Source: Ostreococcus lucimarinus
Taxonomy: Eukaryota
Assembly: GCA_000092065.1 (NCBI GenBank)
Contig: CP000582.1
DNA length: 64,000 nucleotides
Reading direction: 5' to 3' (one strand)
Each line of letters starts with the position of its first letter. Position 1 is the first letter of the stretch. Below are positions 1 to 9,173 of the stretch, one piece after another. The notes beneath the pieces are model-generated. The model made no database searches and was not told the origin of the DNA. It saw only the letters and a program-made list of their open reading frames with translations. A program made the position numbers and the translations under genes.

Positions 1-203
1 CCCTAAACCCTAAACCCTAAACCCTAAACCCTAAACCCTAAACCCTAAACCCTAAACCCTAAACCCTAAACCCTAAACCCTAAACCCTAAACCCTAAACC
101 CTAAACCCTAAACCCTAAACCCTAAACCCTAAACCCTAAACCCTAAACCCTAAACCCTAAACCCTAAACCCTAAACCCTAAACCCTAAACCCTAAACCCT
201 AAG
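1..203. repeat. Telomeric repeat array, (CCCTAAA)n, about 29 units (C-strand of TTTAGGG plant-type telomere); left end of a chromosome
   Basis: Perfect heptamer CCCTAAA repeated from position 1 to 196, then one degenerate unit CCCTAAG. The C-rich strand reads 5'->3' into the chromosome, as expected for a left telomere. Confidence 0.95.
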
Positions 204-503
204 CATGAGGGAGGTAGGCGCGTCGGGAGAAGTGCCGTAACCGACCGACTAGCTAATACTTATTACACCTACTCCTAGGTTCTCTGGGTCGTACTGAGGC
301 GTGAAAAGGCACTAGCATTCGCATCCTTCCTGTGCAAAACCCTTCTATTTCTAGCCCGCGATCGTTCGTTCGCGATCCCCGTGTGGTTCGCGCATGTGCA
401 TCTTCGTCGCGCGCTCGGTGACGACGCGGGGACGACGACGGTAATCGCGTGGGGGTCGCTTTGCATTTTACATCTTTAATTTCTAGGCCGTATGAGGTTC
501 TCG

Positions 504-3500
504 TTATTGCGAAGCGAACGTCTGCGCGTCGCCGCCTACGCCACTCGCGCGGCGACTATTTCTAAAGTCTTCGTGAACGCGCTTGTAAAACAGCAACGTC
601 TCCTGCGACAGCGAGGCGCGTGAACGTTTCAGAGCCTCGACCACATCGTGCGGTTCAATCGTCGGCGGAGCGTTCGGCTCAGCCACGTCTTCGCCGCGTT
701 CAACCGCTGCAGTGTACGTCTTAAGGACTCGCGTCGCGGCGACGTTCGCGCACTCGCTCACAAACGCAGCCAAATCGGCGCCTGAGAAGCTTTCCATGCG
801 CTCCGATTCGGCGATGGCGACCAAATCTACACCCGGTGCAACTTTAATCTCGCGCGTGAGTGTTCGAACGATCTTTGCGCGAGCGATCGCGTCTGGCATT
901 GGCAGATACAGCAAGTGATCGAGACGCCCTGGACGTAAAAGCGCTGGATCGACGACGTCTGGGCGCGACGTGGCGCAGATGACGAACACGCCGACGAGCG
1001 ATTCGACGCCATCCAACAGCGTTAAGAATTGATTGACCATGCGATCGGTAACGCCGCCGTCTGTCCCGCCTCGTCTCGGCGCCAAGGACTCAAACTCGTC
1101 GAAGAAAAGCGCGCACGGCGCGGCGTCCTCCGCCCTCTTGAAAAGTTTTCGCAGTGTCGCTTCGCTTTCGCCGTAATACTTGGAAAACAGTTCTGGACCT
1201 TTAATTGTGATCGAGCGCAAACCCGCGTTGACTATCGCCGCCTTGGCCATTGCAGATTTGCCACTCCCCGGGGGACCGTAGAGGAGCACTCCAGTCGGTA
1301 AACGCAGGGGACACTGTGAAAAAATCTTTGGATGTCTCGCGGGAAGCGCGATGGCGTCTTCGAGAATTTGTTTGACCTCGTCGAAGCCACCGATTGAATC
1401 GAAGCCGTCGACGTATTCGTCGATGCCTTCGCCGTCGGGCCCATCTGACTTTGCCAAGGAAAGTTGATCGATCGGTGTGTAGCCTTTGAGCGCATCCTTG
1501 AGCTCGTTAGATGACACGCGAATACGCGAGCCGATAGCGCGGTGAGACTCGTTAGCTCGTACGCTGAGCGCGCGATCGATCTCCGACTCAATAGCTCGAT
1601 CCATGATGATGCGCAAATCGGCGACGTCGAATCCATCCGTTCTCTGAGAAATCGCGTCGGCGACTTGTTCGTCGCAATCGACGCCTCGATGCGCGGCGTA
1701 CGAAAGAATCACATCTTTTCGCGCATCCATGTTTGGCTTGCGCACTTCAAAGTCGTACTCAAACACGTCCTGCTCTCGAAGCGGCTTGCATAGGGCGTCT
1801 CGTTCACTCGCCGTCGCTATAAACGTCACCTCATCCGCATCCGCCATTTCGCTCATCGCGTCGGCGATAATACACGACAGATGATAACTATCGCTACTCT
1901 GACCTTCTTCGTCGGCGTCGGCGCCGCAAATTTTCTCAAGATTCAACAGATAGCATATCGACGGTTGCCTCGATTTTGCAGCTTCAAAACCAGCGCGCAT
2001 CGCCTCCAACGCTTTGTAATGCGGCTTTGGAAGCTCGTCACACTTGATTTCGACGACGCCGCTCAATGCCTTGACATCGGTCGCCAAGTGTTTGCACAAC
2101 GACTTTACAAGTCGCGAGCGTCCGCGACCCTTGGATCCAGTGACGAGCGTTCCTGCGCACATACCGATACCATATTCGTCTCTGAGCGCGATGGCGTCGA
2201 ACCACAAGCTCGTCTTTAAATTTTTCAGAACGTGGTCCGTGTGCTCGCGGAGCGCCTCGCCCGGGATGTGCGCAAACTCGTCGTCATTTGGAATAGTCGG
2301 CCAAACCGTCACGCCCGGAGCTGGATTTCTCGTCGACGTCTTTCGAGGCGTTCGAATCGGTTCGCCGAGCTCGACGCGAATCTTTGACGACGGACCGGCC
2401 AAAAGACTTTTAAGCGACACTAGAATCGGCTTTTCGGGATTGCTCACTCGAGCCGAAGCTGGATACTTCAGCTCGACTTCGAAAATCGCGTTCGCGCGAT
2501 CGTCATTGTCTGGGACGTTCACGGCAACTCGAGTTTTTGAGTTGATCACGACCGCGCCGTCGACACCGTCTTCCCGATCCAAAGTTGATTGCTCTCTCAA
2601 CCACGCGATGAAGAGCGCTCGTGCGCTTTCGTCGTAAAACTCCGCGTGCGCTTTCGAGTCGAGATCCGCTCCGGGCGCATTGAACCCGAGCGTCACTGCG
2701 TACACTGGTCCGAGTGCTCGAGCTATCGCGAGAATAGATCGCCTTTTGGTAAAAAGATCGTCGCCACTCGTCGCCGCGGCGTTTTTGTCATCCGTGGTTT
2801 CGCTCGGAAACGCGGGCAACACTGGTCGCAGACGTGCGGTGAACGCTGTCGGTTCGTTCACGTCGTCTTCATCCACTTCTTTTATGCGAATCAAATCTCC
2901 CTGGAAAAGTTCTAGCGCGTGCGCCGCAGCTGCGCAAATCGCCACGTGTTGCGGAGCGACGACTTTGTCGTCGTCGACGACGATGACGCGCAGGAACAAC
3001 GAAGTGACGTCGTCGTCTGTGCGGGAAAAATCAAACTCGCGCTCGAAAGAGTGCTTAAACGCACGCACGAGCGATCCGTGACGAATCTTATGCTCCTTTG
3101 CGGTCGCGCTACCCACCGCAATGGCCGTCGAGCGCGGTATTTCCAACTCTTGTTCAAACTCACGGCGCTCGTAGGAAACCACACGTCGATGCGCGTCCAA
3201 AAGCTTCGCGCACGCCCCCGTGGGATGTTGTAGCCGCAATACCGTCGATGTTTTATTCTCGTCGAAGTTCTCTAACCACTCGCGCAAATCCAAGCCACCT
3301 ACGAGATCTTCGTCGTCTGAATCCATCGTCGTAGACGCGCGCCACGGCTCGACGATGAGCTCGGTGTTTGCGGCTAAGCGCGCGACTTGAGCGCTAGCGG
3401 GAGCAATCGACTGCACGCGCAAGAATAATGGCTTTCCTCCTCCGGGACCGTAAAATGGAACGGTCTGCCCGATCGCCGCAAGACCTATTTGCGACAACAG

Positions 3501-3953
3501 CGTGGCCTCCATCGCCTCGGCTTGAACGACGACAGCTTCCCAGTCGTCTGACGACAACGGCGCCACGGACACGCTCTCTGCCGTCGGAAGATCGGCGTTG
3601 AGTTCGTTGCCGAACGCAAAGCGGGCGTCGTCGCCATCCTTAATCCCGAGCGAGCTCGCCAAAGCGTGCGGCACGCCAATCTCTCGCGCGCTTTCGCCGC
3701 CTGGCGTGACTCCTCCAGCCCAAGCGAAGTGCAACACACGACGGCGTCGGCGACTCGACTTCGAGTCCTCGAACTCTAAGACGACGTGACGAGGAAATTC
3801 GCCTCCGTGTGTTCTCGATCGCAGCGTGGCGGAGACCACGTCCGCGGGTAACTGCACGAAAGCGGACCTGTCGTGCACGATTTTGACTCGTCGACGGTCG
3901 TAAGCGACGTCGTACCCGGCAAAAGCCACGTCTCCACCGTCTTCCACGCGCAT
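504..3953 (-). CDS. PEX1: Two-domain AAA+ ATPase, peroxin PEX1-like (D1 Walker A degenerate, D2 canonical)
   Basis: 1149 aa from ATG at 3953. The D1 motif GTLVTGSKGRGRSRLVKSLC resembles the PEX1 D1 motif LLLTGGKGSGKS. D2 has LLYGPPGSGKSAMAKAA with Walker B FFDEFESLAPRRG and the second region of homology ATSRPDVVDPALLRPGRLD. The ORF's first 29 codons lie in the 64-bp tandem repeat and are not expected to be coding. Confidence 0.75.
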   Translation of the reverse strand: MRVEDGGDVAFAGYDVAYDRRRVKIVHDRSAFVQLPADVVSATLRSRTHGGEFPRHVVLEFEDSKSSRRRRRVLHFAWAGGVTPGGESAREIGVPHALASSLGIKDGDDARFAFGNELNADLPTAESVSVAPLSSDDWEAVVVQAEAMEATLLSQIGLAAIGQTVPFYGPGGGKPLFLRVQSIAPASAQVARLAANTELIVEPWRASTTMDSDDEDLVGGLDLREWLENFDENKTSTVLRLQHPTGACAKLLDAHRRVVSYERREFEQELEIPRSTAIAVGSATAKEHKIRHGSLVRAFKHSFEREFDFSRTDDDVTSLFLRVIVVDDDKVVAPQHVAICAAAAHALELFQGDLIRIKEVDEDDVNEPTAFTARLRPVLPAFPSETTDDKNAAATSGDDLFTKRRSILAIARALGPVYAVTLGFNAPGADLDSKAHAEFYDESARALFIAWLREQSTLDREDGVDGAVVINSKTRVAVNVPDNDDRANAIFEVELKYPASARVSNPEKPILVSLKSLLAGPSSKIRVELGEPIRTPRKTSTRNPAPGVTVWPTIPNDDEFAHIPGEALREHTDHVLKNLKTSLWFDAIALRDEYGIGMCAGTLVTGSKGRGRSRLVKSLCKHLATDVKALSGVVEIKCDELPKPHYKALEAMRAGFEAAKSRQPSICYLLNLEKICGADADEEGQSSDSYHLSCIIADAMSEMADADEVTFIATASERDALCKPLREQDVFEYDFEVRKPNMDARKDVILSYAAHRGVDCDEQVADAISQRTDGFDVADLRIIMDRAIESEIDRALSVRANESHRAIGSRIRVSSNELKDALKGYTPIDQLSLAKSDGPDGEGIDEYVDGFDSIGGFDEVKQILEDAIALPARHPKIFSQCPLRLPTGVLLYGPPGSGKSAMAKAAIVNAGLRSITIKGPELFSKYYGESEATLRKLFKRAEDAAPCALFFDEFESLAPRRGGTDGGVTDRMVNQFLTLLDGVESLVGVFVICATSRPDVVDPALLRPGRLDHLLYLPMPDAIARAKIVRTLTREIKVAPGVDLVAIAESERMESFSGADLAAFVSECANVAATRVLKTYTAAVERGEDVAEPNAPPTIEPHDVVEALKRSRASLSQETLLFYKRVHEDFRNSRRASGVGGDAQTFASQ

Positions 3954-3958
3954 GAGTG

Positions 3959-4152
3959 CCGAGTTAATAAGACCACTTAGATGCGTTCTTCTCCGCCTGC
4001 AATTGCGCCGGCGTCTTAACCACCGAGTTAATAAGACCACTTAGATGCGTTCTTCTCCGCCTGCAATTGCGCCGGCGTCTTAACCACCGAGTTAATAAGA
4101 CCACTTAGATGCGTTCTTCTCCGCCTGCAATTGCGCCGGCGTCTTAACCACC
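3959..4152. repeat. Tandem repeat of a 64-bp unit, 3 copies (gagttaataagaccacttagatgcgttcttctccgcctgcaattgcgccggcgtcttaaccacc), intergenic, directly upstream of the PEX1-like start codon
   Basis: Copies at 3961-4024, 4025-4088 and 4089-4152 are identical in the sequence as given. The unit length is not a multiple of 3, so no ORF is maintained through the repeats. Confidence 0.9.
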
Positions 4153-4484
4153 GGTTTCGCGCGTTTTTTTGGCTTCGGGCCGCGATTCGCTTCGCCGAGC
4201 TCGACGCCTTCGGGCGCCTTCAATAAGCGAAACGTCCCCCCCGACGCGGTCGCGCGTCGACTGAACTCGAGCTCGTTCTTCTCGTTTACTTGCCGGGTGA
4301 TGTCGGCGTTTTGCTTGTGCCTCGAGACTACCGACGCCGTGCTCGACGGCGAGAAAGCAAACTTGCCCTTCCTTTGCTTTATGACTTTTCCGTGTCGATT
4401 CGCGGCGACCTTCTTCGTTTTGCCCGCCCCGACGCGCCCGGTCGCTCGCTTCGCCTTCGACTTTAACGTCTGTCCTTGCGGCAT
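4092..4484 (-). CDS. Small Lys-rich basic protein (130 aa), unknown function
   Basis: ATG at 4484. The frame has about 75-80 % GC3 with AAG-biased Lys codons. The product reads MPQGQTLKSKAKR...KPKKRAKPVVKTP. Its last roughly 20 codons and its stop lie inside the 64-bp repeat. The upstream extension of this ORF (to 5126) translates to poly-V/C nonsense and is antisense to the next gene, so it was trimmed. Confidence 0.35.
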   Translation of the reverse strand: MPQGQTLKSKAKRATGRVGAGKTKKVAANRHGKVIKQRKGKFAFSPSSTASVVSRHKQNADITRQVNEKNELEFSRRATASGGTFRLLKAPEGVELGEANRGPKPKKRAKPVVKTPAQLQAEKNASKWSY

Positions 4485-4851
4485 CAACGCCAACGTGAAC
4501 CCACTTCGCGGTGTGACGCGCGCGAACGACTCGAATCGAATCGTTTCGAAATCGCTCCTGATTGACGCGTTCGCTTTTTCGCTTGTTTTTCTCCAGCCGC
4601 CGCTCGGGTCGTTGTTCGGGCGCACCGCACACGACGACGCGCGTGACGACGACGACGCGCGCGAGTGCGTGGTGACGAGCATCGTCGTCGACGTCTGCAT
4701 CCGTCCATCGGGCTTCGCGGCGACGCGCGCCGCGCCGGGAAACGTGCGAATCGTCGTCCAACGATCCGCGTCAGGTCGTTGAAGAGAAAGGCACGTCAAC
4801 CGGGCGATTGAATCGCGCGCGCGAGCGACAGCGTCACGGACGGTGGTCGTG

Positions 4852-6009
4852 ATGACGAAGACGACGCCGGTAATCATGGAGACGGTGAACGCGACGAAAG
4901 TGGCGCCAACGACGACGCACACGACGAAAACGAAGGCGCAAAAGGCGCGGAAAACGACACAGACACAGAGGCAGACGCAGTCGCCGGCGACGGGGAAGCG
5001 ACGACGAGGAAGACCACCGACGAGCACGAAGCGAGTGATGATCAACGATGACTTGGGACAAATGAGAATCGGCGCGATGTTACCGATGGGAATACCAGGG
5101 ATGTCCACGCCTCTAACGAACGCCATGATGGCGTCGGCGGCGGCGGCCTACGCCAGTCAGTTACAAGCGGCGTTTAGCGCTTCGACGAGCTTTTACGCGC
5201 CGCACGCGGGAGCGTTTCGGTCGAGTGCAGACGTGACGGTGAACGTGAATGAAACGTGCGCGACGGATGATAACACGTCGATGAGAAATCATTACTTCGC
5301 TTCACCGAACGGGGATCCTGTGAGCGCGGCCGCGACGTTCGCGCACAGAATGATGATGTATCAACGCACCGCCTACGGAACGCTCGGTCAATACTACGCC
5401 TCCGAGGCACGTGCGATCCGCGATGCGCGAGGGACGTACGCCCAGTCGCACATGAACCAAACAACGAATCGAAATGCGGCGCAGCTTGTCGCTGCGGGCG
5501 AGTGTGCTAGAGGACGCGCCTCGATCGCGGGCGTCGATGGTGGCAAAGGAGAGCCCAGCGCGTCACAGAAGCAATGGCCGATCGTTCCTCAGGTATCGAC
5601 TGCTATTTGCCCTCCTAAGAGTGATCTCGTTCGATCAACGCCACCGGGCGCGTTCGGTCGTCCTCAAGCGGTGAATGCGGGCGTACAGGAAGCGTCTGCG
5701 GCGAAAACAAAGGCGAAGAAGGCGGCTGAAGAGAATGCGAGCGGCAATGAAGACTCGCGGTCGTCCCGAGACGACCCTGAAGCCGCAGCTGCGGCTGCTG
5801 AGGCGGTGGTGAAGCGCGTCAACGAAGCGAAAGCGCTTTTAGATCCATCGGCGGAGTTATATCGCGGCGAACACGCAAAACTTCGATCGCGTGGGCAACG
5901 TTCGAGCGCGCCGAGTCCTGAATCTAGTCTTGGCGCGCCAGTTGCCGACGGACAGCCTGAACACTCCGAGGCGCTTGGATCGAAAGGTTCGAAGAGTGCC
6001 GCTGCTTGA
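4852..6009 (+). CDS. Low-complexity protein with an AT-hook (GKRRRGRPP), unknown function
   Basis: The ORF is open from a GTG at 4843 and the first ATG is at 4852. An RGRP AT-hook is followed by an Ala/Ser/Gln-rich region and an acidic tail. It lies divergent to the small basic gene, with a 367-bp spacer. An AT-rich 3' region with a TGTAA motif follows the stop. Confidence 0.45.
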   Translation: MTKTTPVIMETVNATKVAPTTTHTTKTKAQKARKTTQTQRQTQSPATGKRRRGRPPTSTKRVMINDDLGQMRIGAMLPMGIPGMSTPLTNAMMASAAAAYASQLQAAFSASTSFYAPHAGAFRSSADVTVNVNETCATDDNTSMRNHYFASPNGDPVSAAATFAHRMMMYQRTAYGTLGQYYASEARAIRDARGTYAQSHMNQTTNRNAAQLVAAGECARGRASIAGVDGGKGEPSASQKQWPIVPQVSTAICPPKSDLVRSTPPGAFGRPQAVNAGVQEASAAKTKAKKAAEENASGNEDSRSSRDDPEAAAAAAEAVVKRVNEAKALLDPSAELYRGEHAKLRSRGQRSSAPSPESSLGAPVADGQPEHSEALGSKGSKSAAA

Positions 6010-6100
6010 GCGCTTCGATTCGCACGACGCGCTGGAACGAATGCAACTTTTTGCAGAGCGCGCGCAAATAACAGCGAACGGCTCCATGTACACTATGTTT

Positions 6101-6105
6101 TGTAA
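6101..6105 (+). promoter_or_regulatory. TGTAA polyadenylation-signal-like motif in a 3' UTR (green-algal type)
   Basis: It lies about 90 nt downstream of the stop at 6009 in an AT-rich stretch. Comparable TGTAA motifs lie after the stops at 14341 (14378-14382), 15532 (15543-15547) and 58381 (58414-58418). Confidence 0.35.
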
Positions 6106-6285
6106 TATTCAGGTACTTATTACTCGCCGTTCGAGCGCGCTATCGTATACACGCGTCGGTGCGTTGCAACGCGCACGAATCGCAAAGTAATCTGCGCGCG
6201 TCTGTTCTGATGGATTTCACCTGCCTCACCAGTCGTTGTAGTGAGGAGGGGCGGCCGCCACTCGACGTCGCGCCCGACGCCACGG

Positions 6286-6702
6286 ATGACGACCACCGAT
6301 CGCGTCGCGCCCGGTGGTGATGCGGGCACGGCGAACGCACCGACGAAGGACGCACGTTTACGCGCGCGAATCGCCGAACTCGCCGCGCTCGGGCGCGCGA
6401 ACGACGTCGATGGTTTCGTGGCAAAATTCGTGCCGAAAGACTGTGAGGTCGAGGACGTGGTGGAGTTTACTAGATCGTTGCGCGAGGATGGCGAGCGGTG
6501 GGAACTTTTACGTAGCGAGATCGATGCTATCAACGCAGGCGCGCCGCGCGCGCGATTGATCGCGGGTGATGAGATGAAACGCGCGGAATTTCGGTTTGAG
6601 ATGCCAAGGCGAGACGGAGAAGACCTGGTCATCAATCGCGAAGTCGCGTTCGTCAACTACGCCGAAGACGGCGAACCGAGCGACTGGCGAGCTGAGGGTT
6701 GA
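6286..6702 (+). CDS. Hypothetical small protein (138 aa)
   Basis: ATG at 6286 (MTTTDRVAPGG...). The sequence looks globular with high GC3 and is followed by an AT-rich 3' region. The overlapping minus-strand ORF 6120-6656 is Ser/Arg low-complexity and was rejected. Confidence 0.5.
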   Translation: MTTTDRVAPGGDAGTANAPTKDARLRARIAELAALGRANDVDGFVAKFVPKDCEVEDVVEFTRSLREDGERWELLRSEIDAINAGAPRARLIAGDEMKRAEFRFEMPRRDGEDLVINREVAFVNYAEDGEPSDWRAEG

Positions 6703-6759
6703 TGGATACACGGTACCGGTATCTTTCTAAATAAAACACTAGCTAGCACTCTGTTTCGT

Positions 6760-8250
6760 TCAAAGGTTCGGATGCGCGACGTGAAACGCAATCGGCTCGA
6801 GCTGACGCGTCGGATCGAGAGAGCGCGCTAGCGGCACCGCGAGGGTGTCGTAGTTGTGCTTCAGCAAGCTACCCACTTTGCGAAATTCTTTTACCCACGC
6901 CGTGGCGGCGGCTGAGATTCGCTTGGCCTTTTCAGGGTCATCCCTCACTTCTTGAACGAGCTCTTCAAAGTTACTGAAGTCCTCCTTCAAGGGATAGTAG
7001 TGTTCGTACGGCTTGAGCAGATCAAAGTACGAATCCTTCATCGACGTGACGTGATGAAAGAGGACCCCGGGCATGGCAAGCTTGGGGATGACTCCACTCC
7101 ACGTCGTCCCACCGCCGCCGCCAAGATCTAACTGATAGCGATACTTGCCAAACGTATCTTCTTCGATGTGCTCCCTCGTGTCCAAATGAAGCGGACCGGC
7201 AGCGTGACCCCCCCCCCAGTTGAAAAATTTGGCATCGATGAGCGATGAGTTTAACTTACTCATGAGCACCGCTTTCATTCGCGGTCCGATTCTATTGCCG
7301 GCGATCAATTTTTTCATTTTGCCTTCCCTGTTTGCCGAAGAGGCGATTTCGTTGAAGAAACTCTCCCCTTCCGGCTTCGAATTTGGCCAATGACCAGAAA
7401 GGAATACGTAATCGCTCCCTCGCCAGATGGCTTTGTCGATCAAGTTGTCCCATTCGTAATCACTCTTATTCTCCATGGCATCAATATTGAAAAGCCCGTA
7501 GTATCTGCAGTCCAAACTGGTCGCACTGCTTCCAGCACTGCGATCGCACTTCGACATGTCGTCTTTCGTCGACGGCATCTCCAAAAACTCGCACGTAGGT
7601 TCCATATCTGGCGTAACATCGAGAGTAGGCGACGGTCCCAACGTCTTATCGATGTCCATGCAATCGATCAGTACGAGTAAAGTCGCCGAGTGCATCGTCG
7701 GAAGCGTCGCTTTGTTAACTGGAGAACTTCCGAAAGCGTATATCGTGTCCCACTTTTCAAAATCACAGTGATCCTTCGCATATCCATGCGCACTGCACGG
7801 TGTGTGCGGACAATCGGTAGATGTGAAGAGTATTTCGAACGGCGCCGATCCCGGGGTCAGCCTCGACGGGTAATACCTTTCGATCGTTCTTTGTAGTAGA
7901 GCACCGGACCCCTCGTCTCGAGTTTTTCCAGCCCCTGGATGTGTGCGAAACCCGTTCGTCGGATCCCACTTCAAGCTCCCGAGTCCATTCCCGTACTGCC
8001 GAACTGTAATGTTCTTCCCACCGCGCAATAAATTGGACGTCCCCGCGTACGCGACGAGCGCGGCCGAAACGAGCGCAGACGCGACGTTCAACACCCTTCG
8101 GCCGGTCCGCGCGGAAACGAACGCGCGCGGACCTAGGACCGCTGCATCCAAAGCCGACGAAGAGGCGCGCGTGTTAGTAGTGTCATTCTGCGCGTCGTCA
8201 TCGCCCGTTCGCGACCGCGCGACCAAAGGTTCGCGCTCGGTGACGTTCAT
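6760..8250 (-). CDS. Glycosyltransferase family 90 (CAP10/Rumi-like) type II membrane protein
   Basis: 496 aa. The N-terminal tail is followed by a TM segment (VLNVASALVSAALVAYAG). C-terminal CAP10 signatures are WRG...KYRYQLDLGGGGGTTWSGVIPKLAMPGVLFHHVTSMKDSYFDLLKPYEHYYPLKEDFSNFEELV. Confidence 0.75.
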   Translation of the reverse strand: MNVTEREPLVARSRTGDDDAQNDTTNTRASSSALDAAVLGPRAFVSARTGRRVLNVASALVSAALVAYAGTSNLLRGGKNITVRQYGNGLGSLKWDPTNGFRTHPGAGKTRDEGSGALLQRTIERYYPSRLTPGSAPFEILFTSTDCPHTPCSAHGYAKDHCDFEKWDTIYAFGSSPVNKATLPTMHSATLLVLIDCMDIDKTLGPSPTLDVTPDMEPTCEFLEMPSTKDDMSKCDRSAGSSATSLDCRYYGLFNIDAMENKSDYEWDNLIDKAIWRGSDYVFLSGHWPNSKPEGESFFNEIASSANREGKMKKLIAGNRIGPRMKAVLMSKLNSSLIDAKFFNWGGGHAAGPLHLDTREHIEEDTFGKYRYQLDLGGGGGTTWSGVIPKLAMPGVLFHHVTSMKDSYFDLLKPYEHYYPLKEDFSNFEELVQEVRDDPEKAKRISAAATAWVKEFRKVGSLLKHNYDTLAVPLARSLDPTRQLEPIAFHVAHPNL

Positions 8251-8445
8251 TGCGCGTCGGACTCCGAGCGAGGCTGTGAGTGTGGTCGGTGGCGACGTTG
8301 AAGGCGACGCGAGGCGAAGGGAACGAAGGAACGACCTTTATTACACATGAAACGATGAGCAATGGTGTTGTACAGGATTCAAATCGCACCGCGAGCGTTC
8401 GCGCGCCCCGCGCGCCCGGTCGCCGCGACGCGGTCGAGAGCGCGT

Positions 8446-8745
8446 TCACGTCGCCCCCGCGCGTCCCGCGGCGGCGGCCGCCGTGGCTGTCGTCGTCGCC
8501 GCCGCCGACTTTCCGAAACTCGTCCAACCTCCCAATTGTGCCTTCACGTGATCTTCCACAGATTTCGCATTCGTCGTGAGCACGTACGCGAGCGTCAGCA
8601 TCGAAGCCCCGACGACGGCGGCCAGGACCAGGCTCACCGTCAGCGCCCACGCGGCTTCGCGGCGGCGATTCTGAAGTAAAGGCGTGGACTCATCGCGCCC
8701 GTCACCGCCGATCGCCGCCGCGAGCGTGCCGTAAGATTTCTTCAT
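8446..8745 (-). CDS. Possible small single-pass membrane protein (99 aa)
   Basis: MKKSYGTLAAAIGGDG...AAWALTVSLVLAAVVGASMLTLAYVL. GC3 is about 70 %. There is no recognisable family and no splice link to the GT90 gene 196 bp downstream. Confidence 0.3.
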   Translation of the reverse strand: MKKSYGTLAAAIGGDGRDESTPLLQNRRREAAWALTVSLVLAAVVGASMLTLAYVLTTNAKSVEDHVKAQLGGWTSFGKSAAATTTATAAAAAGRAGAT

Positions 8746-9173
8746 CGCTCCCGCGCGCGCCGTCCTCGTTCACGCGCGCCGTGGCCGCAGATCGTCCACG
8801 TGTTTTCGACACAATCGGGGTGTTACGATGTTCTTCGACACCCGCGGCGCTCGATGCGCGCGGCTTCGCGCGCGTTCGCAGCACGCCGCGCGCGCTCGAG
8901 GGATCGCTCGTCGATCGCGCGCGCCGAAGCGTTCCGCGTCGTCGTCTCGCGCGCCGCGCGTCGCGACGCGCGCGTTCGGTCGTGACGTCGCGACTGTGAA
9001 TATACACGGTGCGTGACGACATCGCAATACGTGCTGCGTTTCGATAAAAACTTCTAGGGTTCGGCCAACGCCGGGACGCGCTCGAAATCGCGATCGCGCG
9101 CGTTCGTTTTCGTTTTCGTATCGATACGGTGTATCTCTGCGCGCCGCGTCATACACGCACTCGACGCGCACGA

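Noticed and set aside
3959-4152. Whether the 64-bp direct repeats could be a CRISPR array.
   Set aside because: This is a eukaryotic telomere-proximal locus. The units are contiguous with no unique spacers, and there are no cas genes. It is a simple minisatellite.
4485-5126. N-terminal extension of the minus-strand ORF 4092-5126 (344 aa).
   Set aside because: It translates to poly-Val/Cys nonsense and is antisense to the AT-hook gene. Only the 3' third (4092-4484) has a coding-like codon pattern.
6120-6656. Minus-strand 178-aa ORF overlapping the 6286-6702 gene.
   Set aside because: It is Ser/Arg low-complexity with lower GC3. The plus-strand frame looks globular and is followed by an AT-rich 3' region.
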